64,000 nt of DNA from Candidatus Tepidifontimicrobium thermophilum (GCA_031459915.1 JAVKHO010000008.1:51276-115275), one strand, 5' to 3'; shown: positions 41,442 through 50,584, counted from the first letter of the stretch. Notes: generated by a model from the letters alone, not told the origin. Made by a program: numbers and translations.

Positions 41442-42970
41442 GGGACGAAGCGCTGGCGGACGTCGTGGTACGTGAGTCGGTACCTCTGGGCCAGGGCCTC
41501 CGCGTACGCGCGCCCGTCCGCTGGACGACGCAGCACGCGGAAGGTGCGCCCTTCGGGCTGGCCTGGCGGCACCGTGGCTACCAGGCTCACGGTCTTCTCG
41601 TTCAGGGAAGCCAGCTCATCGAGGAACGTCACCCACACGCACAGGCCGCCAATCTCCAAGAGCCGGCCCAGCAGCCGTCGGCTCAGGGTGCGGGCGTCGC
41701 GGAGGGCGGTGGAGGAGAGGATCTCGTTGACGATCACCACACTTTTGGGGGTCGCAACCTGGAGGATCTCACGGATCCTCAGAAGGTCGTCTTCCAGTTT
41801 GCCGTGCAGGTCCAGCGTGTACTCTCCGCGGGGAAAGTGGGTGAGGACGTGGTCCGGCACCGGAAGGGCGGCCTGCCGGCCAGGGACCGGGCAACCGAGC
41901 GAAGCCAGGTAGAAGACCTGACCCACCGCGCGGGCGAAGGTAGTCTTTCCGCCCTGGTTGGGACCGGTGACCACCAGGGCCCGCTCCGGAGAACGGAAGA
42001 GGAAGTCGTTGAGGACCGGCACCCGGCCGTGCGCCACCAGCTTCGCGGCCAGTGCGAGGTCGAAGCAGCCCTGGGCGAAGGCTTCTGAATTGTCCGCGCG
42101 CAGGGTGGGCAAGCAGAAGGGCAGGCCTGCCGCCTCGAGGGGAGCGAGGAAGTCTAGGTAGCCCAGGTAGAACTGGGCCTCCCGGTCGAAGGCGTCGATC
42201 CAACGTGCCGGCAGTCCCCCGCACGTTCTCCGGAAGTCCGCCACCCGAAAGAACAGGTCCGGGTTCAGGCGGGAAACCCCTTCCAGGATCTGCGCTTCCA
42301 CGTGGTTCAGCTCCGCGGAGTGCCGGAACTCGAAGGCGTACGGGGTGCCGTGGGCCTGTCGGAAACGCTCGAAGGTGGACCGCACCACTTCCGCGTAGTC
42401 GGGCTCCCCCCGGTAGGGGCGGACGGTGACCCTCAGGCCCTGGACGAGCACCGCAAAGCGCAGGGACGATAGCTCCGCCTGCAGGCTCTCGGCGGCCTCC
42501 GCGAGGCTGCGGAATGCGGGGGAAGCGGCGTACGCGGCCAGCAGGTCGCGGAAGCGCACGAGCCCACGGCTGTGGAGCGGACAGGAGGACAGGCCCTCCA
42601 ACAGCGCGAGGACTGCCTGCACGTAGAGGTGGGCCGCGTCAAGGAACCAGCGGTCTTTCTCCAGCGTGGAGTATGCCTTGTCCGCACGGCGCAGGTGGGC
42701 CCGCACCGCGCGGAGGGCCGAAGCGAAGGCACGGACCGCGTCCGACACTCGGGGCTCCCGGAAATCGCGGAAGACCTCCTGGCGGAAGGAGACCGTGTCG
42801 CTGTCCCGCAGCGGGGTGTAGAAGACGGGTTCCAGGCCGTACTCCCCCCGGTCCGCCACGATGGCCTCCACCACCCGGTCCAGCTCTAAGTCCCGCAGGC
42901 ATGCGGGCGGTCGTTCCCGGAGCGCCGGAGGTTGGCCTGAAGGAAAAAGGAGGCTCGAAACCTCGTCCAT
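41438..42970 (-). CDS. MutS-domain-V ATPase lacking the mismatch-binding domain (MutS4-like subunit A)
   Basis: VTGPNQGGKTT, THFPRGE and NEILSST. Overlapping stop/start with its partner. Confidence 0.85.
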   Translation of the reverse strand: MDEVSSLLFPSGQPPALRERPPACLRDLELDRVVEAIVADRGEYGLEPVFYTPLRDSDTVSFRQEVFRDFREPRVSDAVRAFASALRAVRAHLRRADKAYSTLEKDRWFLDAAHLYVQAVLALLEGLSSCPLHSRGLVRFRDLLAAYAASPAFRSLAEAAESLQAELSSLRFAVLVQGLRVTVRPYRGEPDYAEVVRSTFERFRQAHGTPYAFEFRHSAELNHVEAQILEGVSRLNPDLFFRVADFRRTCGGLPARWIDAFDREAQFYLGYLDFLAPLEAAGLPFCLPTLRADNSEAFAQGCFDLALAAKLVAHGRVPVLNDFLFRSPERALVVTGPNQGGKTTFARAVGQVFYLASLGCPVPGRQAALPVPDHVLTHFPRGEYTLDLHGKLEDDLLRIREILQVATPKSVVIVNEILSSTALRDARTLSRRLLGRLLEIGGLCVWVTFLDELASLNEKTVSLVATVPPGQPEGRTFRVLRRPADGRAYAEALAQRYRLTYHDVRQRFVP

Positions 42971-43392
42971 CAGTGGACCACCATCACGGGGCAGTGGGCG
43001 TACCGGAGCACGCGCTCGGAGACCGAGCCCAGCATCCAGCGCTGCACAGGCGTGAGCCCGCGTCGGCCCAGGACGATGAGGTCGAAGGCTTCTTCACGGG
43101 CCACCCGTACCAGGACCTCTGCGGGGTGGCCCACCTCGGTGCGCAGGGTCACCGGAACCCCCGCCTTGCGGGCCTGGTCCCGGGCCCAGCGGAAGGCCTC
43201 CGCCAACGGTCCACGGGACTGAGCCACGGCTGCGTCCACCTCGCCCTGCAGCTCCGCGAACTCCGGCGGACGCACTACCGCCAGCGCGACCACGTCCGCG
43301 CGGTACCGGCTGGCCAGGTCCAGAGCGGCCAGCAGCGCCTTTCGGGCTGCCGGGGATCCGTCGTAGCCGACCAGTACGCGCCGGAACATCAT
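42970..43392 (-). CDS. universal stress protein
   Basis: VLVGYDGS, GHPAE and DLIVLGRRG..LGSVSERV. Confidence 0.95.
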   Translation of the reverse strand: MMFRRVLVGYDGSPAARKALLAALDLASRYRADVVALAVVRPPEFAELQGEVDAAVAQSRGPLAEAFRWARDQARKAGVPVTLRTEVGHPAEVLVRVAREEAFDLIVLGRRGLTPVQRWMLGSVSERVLRYAHCPVMVVH

Positions 43393-44576
43393 TCACCTCC
43401 GGGGGCCAGGGCCAGCTCGGGAGCCGCCTGCTGCACGTGGTGGGCGGGAAGGAAGAAGCGGTTGGCGATCCAGGTGGGCACCACCGCGCTGGCCACGACC
43501 GCGCTCACGAGGAAGGAGTACTGCGCCTGGTCGATGATGCCGTGGGTGAGGCCGTACAGGGAGGAAATGGTCCCGAAGGTGAGCCCGGTGGACATCAGCA
43601 GGGTCGTGTACATGGCCTCGTCCCGCGCGTACCGGTACGCCCGGGTCAACGGGAACACGCCGGCAAACTTGCTCAGGGCTTTGGCCGCGAAGAGCACCGC
43701 GAACGTCCCCAGACCGCCCGCCACGACGGGGAGCTGGACCAGCAGCCCCGCGCGGATGAAGTAGAAGGGGGTGAGCAGCCCGAAGGTGAGGCTGCGCAGG
43801 CGTCGGACCAGTTCGTGGTGGCGGCCCACGGTCCCCGCCAGGGCCATTCCCAACACGTACGCGGGGAGGACCGCTTCGGACCCGGACCACGCCGCCAGGG
43901 CGCCCAGGGCGAACAGCACCCCCAGGAGGAATTTCACTTCCAGCTCAGAGGTCCGGCCAGCGAAGCGGCGCAGCACGGGCCGGGCGGCGCGGGCGCAACC
44001 CCATAGGGCGACCCCGAGAGCTGCGACGAACACTACGGTGCGCCAGCTGAAGGGAGCGAACAGGAGCCCCAGAGCCACCACCGTCCCCAGGTCGTTGATG
44101 AAGCACGCTGCGAGGATGACCTTGCCGTACTCGGTGCGGTTGATCCCCAGTTCCAGGAGCACCGCGTACACGACCGCCACGGAGGTGGTGGACAGGGCGA
44201 CCCCTGCGACCCAGCTGGCCTGGGGAGCCCACCCCAGGACCTGCCGGGCGGCCCACGCGGCGCCCAAAAAGGGAGCCAGGAAGCCGGCCAGACCCATCAC
44301 CGTGGCCTCCTTCCAGCGCCTGCGGAAGGCGTCTGGGTCGAGCTCGGCTCCCGCGAGGAAGGTGAGGACCACCGATCCGGTACCCGCGAGGAAAGCCACC
44401 CAGCCATCCCGGACTCCGGGCAACGAGGTGTGGCCGAAAACCCCCATGAGCAGCTGGCTCAAGATTCCGACGAGGATCTCGGTGAGGGCTACGGAGACCC
44501 GCAGCCAGCTTCCCAGAAGGGCGGCGAGCAGGGCGAGGGCCAGCCACGCTGCCGCGGTCCACCAGATGGTTTCCAT
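43389..44576 (-). CDS. cation:proton antiporter (CPA2/Na+-H+ exchanger family)
   Basis: About 12 TM segments, with FLAGAE, STTSVAVV, NDLGTV and TPFYF motifs. Confidence 0.88.
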   Translation of the reverse strand: METIWWTAAAWLALALLAALLGSWLRVSVALTEILVGILSQLLMGVFGHTSLPGVRDGWVAFLAGTGSVVLTFLAGAELDPDAFRRRWKEATVMGLAGFLAPFLGAAWAARQVLGWAPQASWVAGVALSTTSVAVVYAVLLELGINRTEYGKVILAACFINDLGTVVALGLLFAPFSWRTVVFVAALGVALWGCARAARPVLRRFAGRTSELEVKFLLGVLFALGALAAWSGSEAVLPAYVLGMALAGTVGRHHELVRRLRSLTFGLLTPFYFIRAGLLVQLPVVAGGLGTFAVLFAAKALSKFAGVFPLTRAYRYARDEAMYTTLLMSTGLTFGTISSLYGLTHGIIDQAQYSFLVSAVVASAVVPTWIANRFFLPAHHVQQAAPELALAPGGE

Positions 44577-44605
44577 GGAGTCGACCTCCGGCGGGGTAGA
44601 GGCCG

Positions 44606-44641
44606 AAAAAGATTGGCCCCTACCCGACTTGGGTAGGAGCC
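44606..44641 (-). terminator. intrinsic terminator of fluoride riboswitch 1
   Basis: Minus-strand hairpin GGCTCCTACCC-aagtc-GGGTAGGGGCC followed by AATCTTTTT. The 5' arm is the aptamer 3' end. Confidence 0.8.
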
Positions 44642-44683
44642 ATCAGCCTCCGTGGGAGGCGGTTCGGGCGGGCTCCATCGCCC
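44633..44683 (-). ncRNA. fluoride riboswitch (crcB motif) 1
   Basis: GGGCG-AU-GGAGCC-CGCCC-GAACC-GCCUCC-CAC-GGAGGC-UGAU-GGCUCC-UAC, showing P1, pseudoknot, hairpin and the conserved GAUG/UGAU/CUAC. Confidence 0.93.
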
Positions 44684-44689
44684 GCGGGC

Positions 44690-44719
44690 ATTATCCGGCA
44701 AGCTCCCCGCGGCCGTCAA
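44690..44719 (-). promoter_or_regulatory. sigma70 promoter of the riboswitch-1 operon (TTGACG-18-GATAAT)
   Basis: -35 at 44714-44719, -10 at 44690-44695, aptamer begins 6 nt downstream. Confidence 0.7.
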
Positions 44720-44751
44720 TGCCATCCGGGCTCGCCGGGAGCGTGCCCGCC

Positions 44752-45945
44752 TCATCGTGGTCGTAGGGGGGACCGTGCAGCGGACCAGCCGAACAACACG
44801 GCGGCGGACAGCTGCGCGCCGACCGCGAACAGAACCAGGTAGCGCGGGTGCACGTCGTACAGGAATCCCATCAGGCCGCTGCCCGCGAACCAGGCCACAC
44901 CGTATACCGTCTGGAACAGCCCGAAGGCGGAGGCCCGGCGTTCCTGGGCCACCATGCGGGCCACCGCCGCGCGCAGCACCGACTCCTGCAGGCCCACTCC
45001 CATCCCCCACAGGGCGACCCCGACCCAGGCGCCCGCAGGCCCTCCGAAAATGGCAAGAGGCGCGAACAAGGCGGTCACCGCGGTCCCCGCAGCGAGGGTC
45101 ATGGTACCGTACCGGTCGAACCAACGTCCCAGGAGCAGAGCCGCACCCGCATCCGTGGCCATAGCGAGCGCATACAGCATGGGCACGACGGCCGTCGGGA
45201 GGACGGCGGTGCGGGCGAAGTGGTACGCCAGCAGCGGGAAGTCCGCGAAACCCGCCGCCACCAGTCCGACACCGATCAGGTAGAGGCCCAGTACGCGGCG
45301 CAGCTGGAAGTCCACGGGAACCGAACTGTCCTCCAGCTGGGACGGTTGCGGGAACCGGGTGCGGGTCCAGGCGATCGTCACCAGGCAAAGGGCCGCCGGA
45401 AACGCCAGGGCCGCGAAACCCCACCGCAGGCTGCCGCCGGCAGAGAGGACCGCGGCGACCAGCAACGGACCGGCTACAGCTCCCACTTGGTCCAGGGCCT
45501 CGTGCAGGCCGAAGGCCCAGCCGGCACCTACCCGGCTTGCCGCGTACGACAGCATGGCGTCCCGGGGTGGCGTCCGTACGGCCTTGCCCGCGCGCTCAGC
45601 CACCACCAGTAGCGCAGCAGCCTCCCACCGGCCCACCAGGGCGAGGAGCGGGACGGACAGGAGGTTGGCCACGTAGCCTGCGACGGTGAGGTCCCAGAAG
45701 CGGCGGGTTCGGTCAGCCAGTCGGCCGGACACCAGGCGCAGTCCGTAGCCCACCAGCTCCCCGAACCCGGCCACGAAACCGACTACGGTGGCGGAAGCAC
45801 CTAGGGCGAGCAGATAAGGGCCGAGGATGCTGCGGGCGCCCTCGTAGGTGGCGTCCGCCAGGAGGCTGACGACGCCCATCAGTACTACGAAGCGGGTCGC
45901 TTCCCGGGCGGGGTCCTGCCGGATGCCGAGTGTCGGGGTCTTCAT
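44752..45945 (-). CDS. MFS transporter
   Basis: About 12 TM segments, with VSLLAD.TYEG, SGRLADRT, ERAGKAVRTPPRD and G.W.DR.G. Confidence 0.9.
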   Translation of the reverse strand: MKTPTLGIRQDPAREATRFVVLMGVVSLLADATYEGARSILGPYLLALGASATVVGFVAGFGELVGYGLRLVSGRLADRTRRFWDLTVAGYVANLLSVPLLALVGRWEAAALLVVAERAGKAVRTPPRDAMLSYAASRVGAGWAFGLHEALDQVGAVAGPLLVAAVLSAGGSLRWGFAALAFPAALCLVTIAWTRTRFPQPSQLEDSSVPVDFQLRRVLGLYLIGVGLVAAGFADFPLLAYHFARTAVLPTAVVPMLYALAMATDAGAALLLGRWFDRYGTMTLAAGTAVTALFAPLAIFGGPAGAWVGVALWGMGVGLQESVLRAAVARMVAQERRASAFGLFQTVYGVAWFAGSGLMGFLYDVHPRYLVLFAVGAQLSAAVLFGWSAARSPLRPR

Positions 45946-46706
45946 GGTCGGGTGGGCGACCGGATGGGTCGCGGCCGCACGTCCGGGGCGGCCCTGATCT
46001 CGTTGGGGTCGCGGCCGGCCAACACCTCCAGGGCCCGCGTCCAGCTGACACCCTGCTCCAGGGTGAGTCCCTCATGCCGGAAGCGGTAGTCGTGCTTGCG
46101 GACAAGCTCGGAGAGGTCAGCCTCCAGCCGCGCCAGGGCTTGCCGTTGGTCCTCCAGGAGGCGCTTGAGCTGTTCTGCAGACTTGGCCAGGGAGGCGGCG
46201 AGAACCAGGTGGTGCAGACACAGGGGCGCCGGACCCGCAAGGGCCTGCCGCACGTGAGGGTCCGCAGAGTGCTCCAGTAGGCTTGCCACGTACACCTCCT
46301 CCATACGCTGACGGTGCAGGCAGGCAGGGCACGGGGCAACGGGGCCCAGGAGGAGGTGGAGGGCAGACTCCGCAGCCCGTCGGCGTCCGGGCCGACTCCG
46401 GAGCGCGGCATCCAGTCGGTCCCGCAGGGCTCCCACGAGGTCCCGGTACACGATGGCGACCCCCAGGACTGGGTTGCGCTGCGCCGGCAGCGCCCACGCG
46501 TGCTCTGGGCAGAACCCCCAACTGGCCCGCAGCTCGTCGCGCATTTCAGGGTCGTTCACGCGCTCGTACAGGAAGTTGTCCAGGAACCGCTGGACCGCGT
46601 GGGTGACGAGGCGGCAGACGGGACATCCGCCAGACGCCAGGGCCTCCCGTACCCTGGCGAAGACCAGGTCGTCCCGCCGCGCGCCGCCGTGGGCGTCACC
46701 ACGCAC
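45942..46706 (-). CDS. tandem CxxC/CxxH putative zinc-binding protein (DUF6062-like)
   Basis: CPVC..YE.VND, GFCPEH, CPAC, LCLHH and RKHDYRF. Start estimated at GTG 46706. Confidence 0.75.
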   Translation of the reverse strand: MRGDAHGGARRDDLVFARVREALASGGCPVCRLVTHAVQRFLDNFLYERVNDPEMRDELRASWGFCPEHAWALPAQRNPVLGVAIVYRDLVGALRDRLDAALRSRPGRRRAAESALHLLLGPVAPCPACLHRQRMEEVYVASLLEHSADPHVRQALAGPAPLCLHHLVLAASLAKSAEQLKRLLEDQRQALARLEADLSELVRKHDYRFRHEGLTLEQGVSWTRALEVLAGRDPNEIRAAPDVRPRPIRSPTRP

Positions 46707-47559
46707 GGCGCACGCTCCGCAGGAACCGTCCGATCCAGCTCCGGATGGGCTGCCCTTTTCCCGCATGCGGCGCCGGCGGGGAGGGAACCCGCGCGTCCGG
46801 AGGTGCAGGGGCAAGTCCGCCCGGCCGCCTTCCCCACTCGGCCAGGGATCGGCGGGCCTGTTCCACGGAGGCCTCCAGGCCCACCAGGTTCATGCGCAGC
46901 CCGCGCACGGCTTCGTCCGCCAGGTACGCGCGGTGCCGCAGGGTCGCAAGCTCGGCCCGTGCGGCCCCGAGGGCCCGCAGCGCGTCGTCCGGCGCAGGCC
47001 ACAGGTGTACCGCCGCGCCGTAACCGAGGAGGATCCGCAGGCCTTCTGGCTCGGTCCAACCCTCCGTCCGCAGGACGCCGTCCACCGCCTGGGCTGCCTC
47101 CTCGTCCAGGGAAACGTGCACCGTGGCCAGGACGTCGTGTTCGCCCGCGGGCGTAAGCTGCCCTTTTCCAAGCCCTTTTTCCGGCGGCCCGGACGGTGCC
47201 CCCTGCTGGCTCCGCAGGGCGAACAGATCCCGGCGCAGCCGCGTGTACTCCACGCTGAGGCTAGCCACCTGTTCACGGAGGATGTCCCGCTCCCTCTCGC
47301 GAGCCAGGGTCCGGGCGCGCATGGACAGCGCGTGCGCAAGGGCTTCCCGGCGCTGCAGCTCGAGCCGCACGCCGTCCCGATCGGGCGCCCTGGACGCGGC
47401 CAGTTCCTCCCACGTCCTCTGGTCGGCTGCGTACCGGCGCGCGCCCTCGGCGACAAGCCACGCGAGGCCGACCTCGAGGGGCCAGAAACCAAGGGAGGAC
47501 AGGCCCTCCGCCAGCTGCGCCAGGTCCTCGCCAGACAGGGTCAGAATCAGGTCCCGCAT
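46696..47559 (-). CDS. hypothetical coiled-coil protein with internal duplication
   Basis: First ATG directly after the riboswitch-2 terminator. Two similar halves. Overlaps the next start. Confidence 0.7.
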   Translation of the reverse strand: MRDLILTLSGEDLAQLAEGLSSLGFWPLEVGLAWLVAEGARRYAADQRTWEELAASRAPDRDGVRLELQRREALAHALSMRARTLARERERDILREQVASLSVEYTRLRRDLFALRSQQGAPSGPPEKGLGKGQLTPAGEHDVLATVHVSLDEEAAQAVDGVLRTEGWTEPEGLRILLGYGAAVHLWPAPDDALRALGAARAELATLRHRAYLADEAVRGLRMNLVGLEASVEQARRSLAEWGRRPGGLAPAPPDARVPSPPAPHAGKGQPIRSWIGRFLRSVRRAW

Positions 47560-47566
47560 CCCGAAC

Positions 47567-47598
47567 AAAAAGCTCCTACTGGCAACCCAGTAGGAGCT
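47567..47598 (-). terminator. intrinsic terminator of fluoride riboswitch 2
   Basis: Perfect 12-bp hairpin AGCTCCTACTGG-gttg-CCAGTAGGAGCT plus a T-run. Overlaps the aptamer 3' end. Confidence 0.9.
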
Positions 47599-47642
47599 AT
47601 CAACCCGGCGAACCGGGTACACAAGGGCGAGCCCCATCGCCC
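47590..47642 (-). ncRNA. fluoride riboswitch (crcB motif) 2
   Basis: GGGCG-AU-GGGGCU-CGCCC-UUGUGU-ACCCGG-UUCG-CCGGGU-UGAU-AGCUCC-UAC. Same fold as copy 1 with compensatory changes. Confidence 0.92.
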
Positions 47643-47650
47643 GCACGTCC

Positions 47651-47679
47651 AAGATAAGGGGGCCGACGACCCTCGTCAA
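47651..47679 (-). promoter_or_regulatory. sigma70 promoter of the riboswitch-2 operon (TTGACG-17-TATCTT)
   Basis: -35 at 47674-47679 and -10 at 47651-47656. Confidence 0.7.
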
Positions 47680-47724
47680 CCGGCCCTGAGGACCGGGCGA
47701 CTCTCGGGAGCGGTCGAGCGGCCC

Positions 47725-47756
47725 TTGACCTTCCAGGGTCGTGGAAGGTTTACCGT
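47725..47756 (+). promoter_or_regulatory. MerR-family metal-responsive promoter with ACCTTCCA-N6-TGGAAGGT dyad
   Basis: TTGACC-20 bp-TACCGT. The elongated spacer holds a perfect 8-bp inverted repeat resembling CueR-type boxes. Confidence 0.88.
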
Positions 47757-47778
47757 CTTCCGGGAGGAGGTGGTGCGC

Positions 47779-50007
47779 GTGACTTGGAGCCCGCAGCGGC
47801 TGCACCTCAAGCTGGGTGGGATGCACTGCTCCCTCTGTGTGGAGTCCGTGCGCAAGGCGGTCCTGCGGCTCCCCGGGGTACGGTCCGTGCACGTGTCCAT
47901 CGCGCACGAGGAGGCCCTGGTGGAGTACGAGCCGGACCGCCTGTCCGCCGAGGCCATCTCCAGGGCGCTGGAGGACATCGGGTTCCGCGTGCGCCCCCCG
48001 GACGAGGCTATCCGGGTCCAGGAGGAAGAGACCGAGCTGCGCCGGGCTCGCGGTCTGGCGTGGTGGGCCGGCGTCCTGCTCGGGCTGGCGAGCGTCCTGA
48101 TGGTAGCCAGCGCCCTCTGGGGTCCGAGCCGGCCGCGGGCCCTCGCTATGGGCGGCCTGGCCGTGTTCGCGGCTGTGGGCCCCGGCCGCTGGGTGTTGCG
48201 CAACGCCTGGCAGTCCCTCCGCCGGGGCATTCTGAACCAGGACGTGCTGGCCGCCGCATCCGCCCTCGCGGGCGTGGCGGGAGGGACCGTGGGCTTGGTA
48301 CTTCCGGGTTTCCCTCCCGGGGAGTTCTTCGGGGCTGCGGTGTTCGTCTTCGCCTTCCACATCGTCGGCGGCTACCTGTCGGTCGCGGTGCACGTGCGGG
48401 CGTCGCAGTCCGTGCGCCGGCTCCTGAGCCTGGCGCCGTCTACCGCGTGGCGGCTGTTGCCCGACGGTTCCGAGGAGGAGGTCCCCGCGAGCAACCTGCG
48501 GCCTGGAGACCGGGTACGGGTCCGCCCGGGCGAGCGCGTTCCCGCGGACGGGGTGGTGGTGCAGGGTGCTTCGGCGGTGGACGAGAGCCTGCTGACCGGG
48601 GAACCCATGCCGGTAGACAAGTCTGCGGGCGACGAGGTGGTGGGTGGGTCGCTGAACCAGCTGGGGAGCCTCGTGGTGGAGGTGACCCGGGTCGGTCCGG
48701 ACAGCTTCCTCCAGGCGGTGGCGCGGCACGTGGCGGAGGCCCGGGCCCTCAAGCCGGGGGTGCTGCGGCTGGTGGATTGGGTCCTCCTGTGGTTCGTGCC
48801 GGTCGTCTTCGCTGCCGGAGCTGCGGGATTCCTCGCTTGGACGCTTGGTGGAATGCTGGTCGTGGGCCGACCCGACTGGGCGCGGGCGGCCTTCGCGGCC
48901 TTGAGCGCGCTCGTGATGGGCTACCCCTGCGCCCTGGGGATGGCGACGCCGCTCGCCATCGTCCGGGCTTCCGGCGAGGCGGCCCGACGCGGGATCCTCA
49001 TGCGGTCCGGGGAAGCCTTCCAGCTTCTGGGTCGAGTGGACACCTTCGTGCTGGACAAGACCGGCACCGTGACGGAGGGCAGGCCCCGTCTGGCGGCCTG
49101 CAGGACCCTCGGGATGGCGGAGGAGGAGCTCCTGCGGCTGGCCGCCGGAGCCGAGAGCCCATCTGAGCACCCCTTGGCCAGGGCGGTGGTGGAGGGTGCC
49201 GCGACGCGAGGAATCGGCGTGCCTGGTGCTGCGGACTTCGGGGCTCACCCGGGTCAGGGCATCGAGGCCCGGGTGGACGGGCGATGGGTCCTAGCCGGCA
49301 GCGCTAGGTTCCTGCGCGAACGCGGGGTGGACACAGCACCGCTTGCATCCGTCGCGCGAGAGCTACAAGGCCGGGGCCAGACCACGGTCCTGGTAGCCGT
49401 GGACGGGCGCCCCGCTGGTGTTTTGGGCATCGAAGACCCGCTCAAGCGCGACGCGGCGGAAACGGTGCGTGAGCTGCGGGGCAGAGATTGCCGGGTCGTC
49501 CTCCTGACGGGCGACGACCGGCGCACCGCCCAGGCCGTGGCGCAGGAGGCCTGCATCGAGGAGGTCCTGAGTGAGGTCCTGCCGGGGCAGAAGGCGGAGG
49601 TGGTCCGGGCGCTGCAGGCACAGGGACGGCGCGTGGCCATGGTGGGAGACGGGATCAACGACGCGCCGGCCCTCATGCAGGCGGACGTGGGGGTGGCGAT
49701 GGGCGCGGGCGCCGACATCGCAGTGGACTCCGCGGACGTGGTGCTGGTGAGCGGACGCCTGGGCGCCCTGGTGGACGCGGTGGAGCTGGCCCGCCGCAGC
49801 TACGGCCTGACCGTGGGCAACGTGGCCGTAGCTCTGGCGTTCAACGGAGTGGGGGTTGTGGCGGCCACCAGCGGGTTGGTCAGGCCGGTGTGGGCCATGC
49901 TGGCGATGGCGGTGAGTGTGGGGCTCGTCTTGGCCAGGTCTTTGGTGGGCCGCCTGGGGCGGGTGCGGGAGCGCCAACTCGCAGGAGGTGCTCCGCTGCA
50001 GGAATAA
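47779..50007 (+). CDS. heavy-metal translocating P1B-type ATPase (atypical YPC motif)
   Basis: HMA GMHCSLC, TGE, YPCALG, DKTGT, SEHP and GDGINDAP. Confidence 0.93.
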   Translation: MTWSPQRLHLKLGGMHCSLCVESVRKAVLRLPGVRSVHVSIAHEEALVEYEPDRLSAEAISRALEDIGFRVRPPDEAIRVQEEETELRRARGLAWWAGVLLGLASVLMVASALWGPSRPRALAMGGLAVFAAVGPGRWVLRNAWQSLRRGILNQDVLAAASALAGVAGGTVGLVLPGFPPGEFFGAAVFVFAFHIVGGYLSVAVHVRASQSVRRLLSLAPSTAWRLLPDGSEEEVPASNLRPGDRVRVRPGERVPADGVVVQGASAVDESLLTGEPMPVDKSAGDEVVGGSLNQLGSLVVEVTRVGPDSFLQAVARHVAEARALKPGVLRLVDWVLLWFVPVVFAAGAAGFLAWTLGGMLVVGRPDWARAAFAALSALVMGYPCALGMATPLAIVRASGEAARRGILMRSGEAFQLLGRVDTFVLDKTGTVTEGRPRLAACRTLGMAEEELLRLAAGAESPSEHPLARAVVEGAATRGIGVPGAADFGAHPGQGIEARVDGRWVLAGSARFLRERGVDTAPLASVARELQGRGQTTVLVAVDGRPAGVLGIEDPLKRDAAETVRELRGRDCRVVLLTGDDRRTAQAVAQEACIEEVLSEVLPGQKAEVVRALQAQGRRVAMVGDGINDAPALMQADVGVAMGAGADIAVDSADVVLVSGRLGALVDAVELARRSYGLTVGNVAVALAFNGVGVVAATSGLVRPVWAMLAMAVSVGLVLARSLVGRLGRVRERQLAGGAPLQE

Positions 50008-50042
50008 GGAATATGGGAGACAGGGCGCCAGGAGGTGAACCC

Positions 50043-50498
50043 GTGCGCGGACGGGTGAGCGAGAAGGTCGGAGCCCGGATCGGCGAGCTGGCTCGCGGGT
50101 TCGGCCTCAACCCGAGGACCCTGCGGTACTACGAGTCGGTGGGCCTGCTGCGGCCGCGGAGGACGGCCTCCGGATACCGGGTGTACGATGACCGGGACCG
50201 GGACCGGTTGCGGTTCGTCCTGCGGGCAAAGCGGGCGGGGCTGACGCTGCGGGAGATGGCAGAGATCCTGACGCTGTGGGATCGCGGGGAGGCGCCGTGC
50301 GGGTACGTGCGAGGCTGGCTGGAGCGGAGGCTGCGGGAGGTGGAGGCCCAGCTGAGAGCCCTGCGAGTGTTGCGGCAGGAGCTGGGGCGGCTGCGCCGCC
50401 GGGCGGCCCGACGTCCCCGCGGGGAGCCTCCCTGCGTGTGCCCGATCCTCGAGGAGGCTCGCGACGGTTCGGGCCCGTCTGCGTGGCGGGCCGGGTGA
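50043..50498 (+). CDS. MerR-family heavy-metal-responsive regulator
   Basis: RIGELA..TLRYYE, GYRVY, and Cys in APCGY and PPCVCPIL. GGAGGT SD. Confidence 0.92.
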   Translation: MRGRVSEKVGARIGELARGFGLNPRTLRYYESVGLLRPRRTASGYRVYDDRDRDRLRFVLRAKRAGLTLREMAEILTLWDRGEAPCGYVRGWLERRLREVEAQLRALRVLRQELGRLRRRAARRPRGEPPCVCPILEEARDGSGPSAWRAG

Positions 50499-50584
50499 AG
50501 CGGCCCGTGCGGATCTCAGAGTCCCGCAATAAAGCGGAGCCGCAGACTCGTCTTTGCTGGTAGACGCCGGGTCGGAGGGTTGGG

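Noticed and set aside
39825..42970. Canonical mismatch-repair mutS or an anti-phage defence ATPase pair
   Set aside because: There is no mismatch-binding domain, mutL or nuclease partner, and the riboswitch context points to fluoride stress.
46453..47778. 1184-aa ORF suggesting a long N-terminal extension of the P-type ATPase
   Set aside because: The extension is antisense to real minus-strand genes and spans a riboswitch and the MerR promoter. The true start is near 47779.
47560..49248. 850-aa minus-strand ORF 46696-49248
   Set aside because: The upstream part is the antisense shadow of the ATPase and crosses riboswitch 2. Only 46696-47559 is kept.
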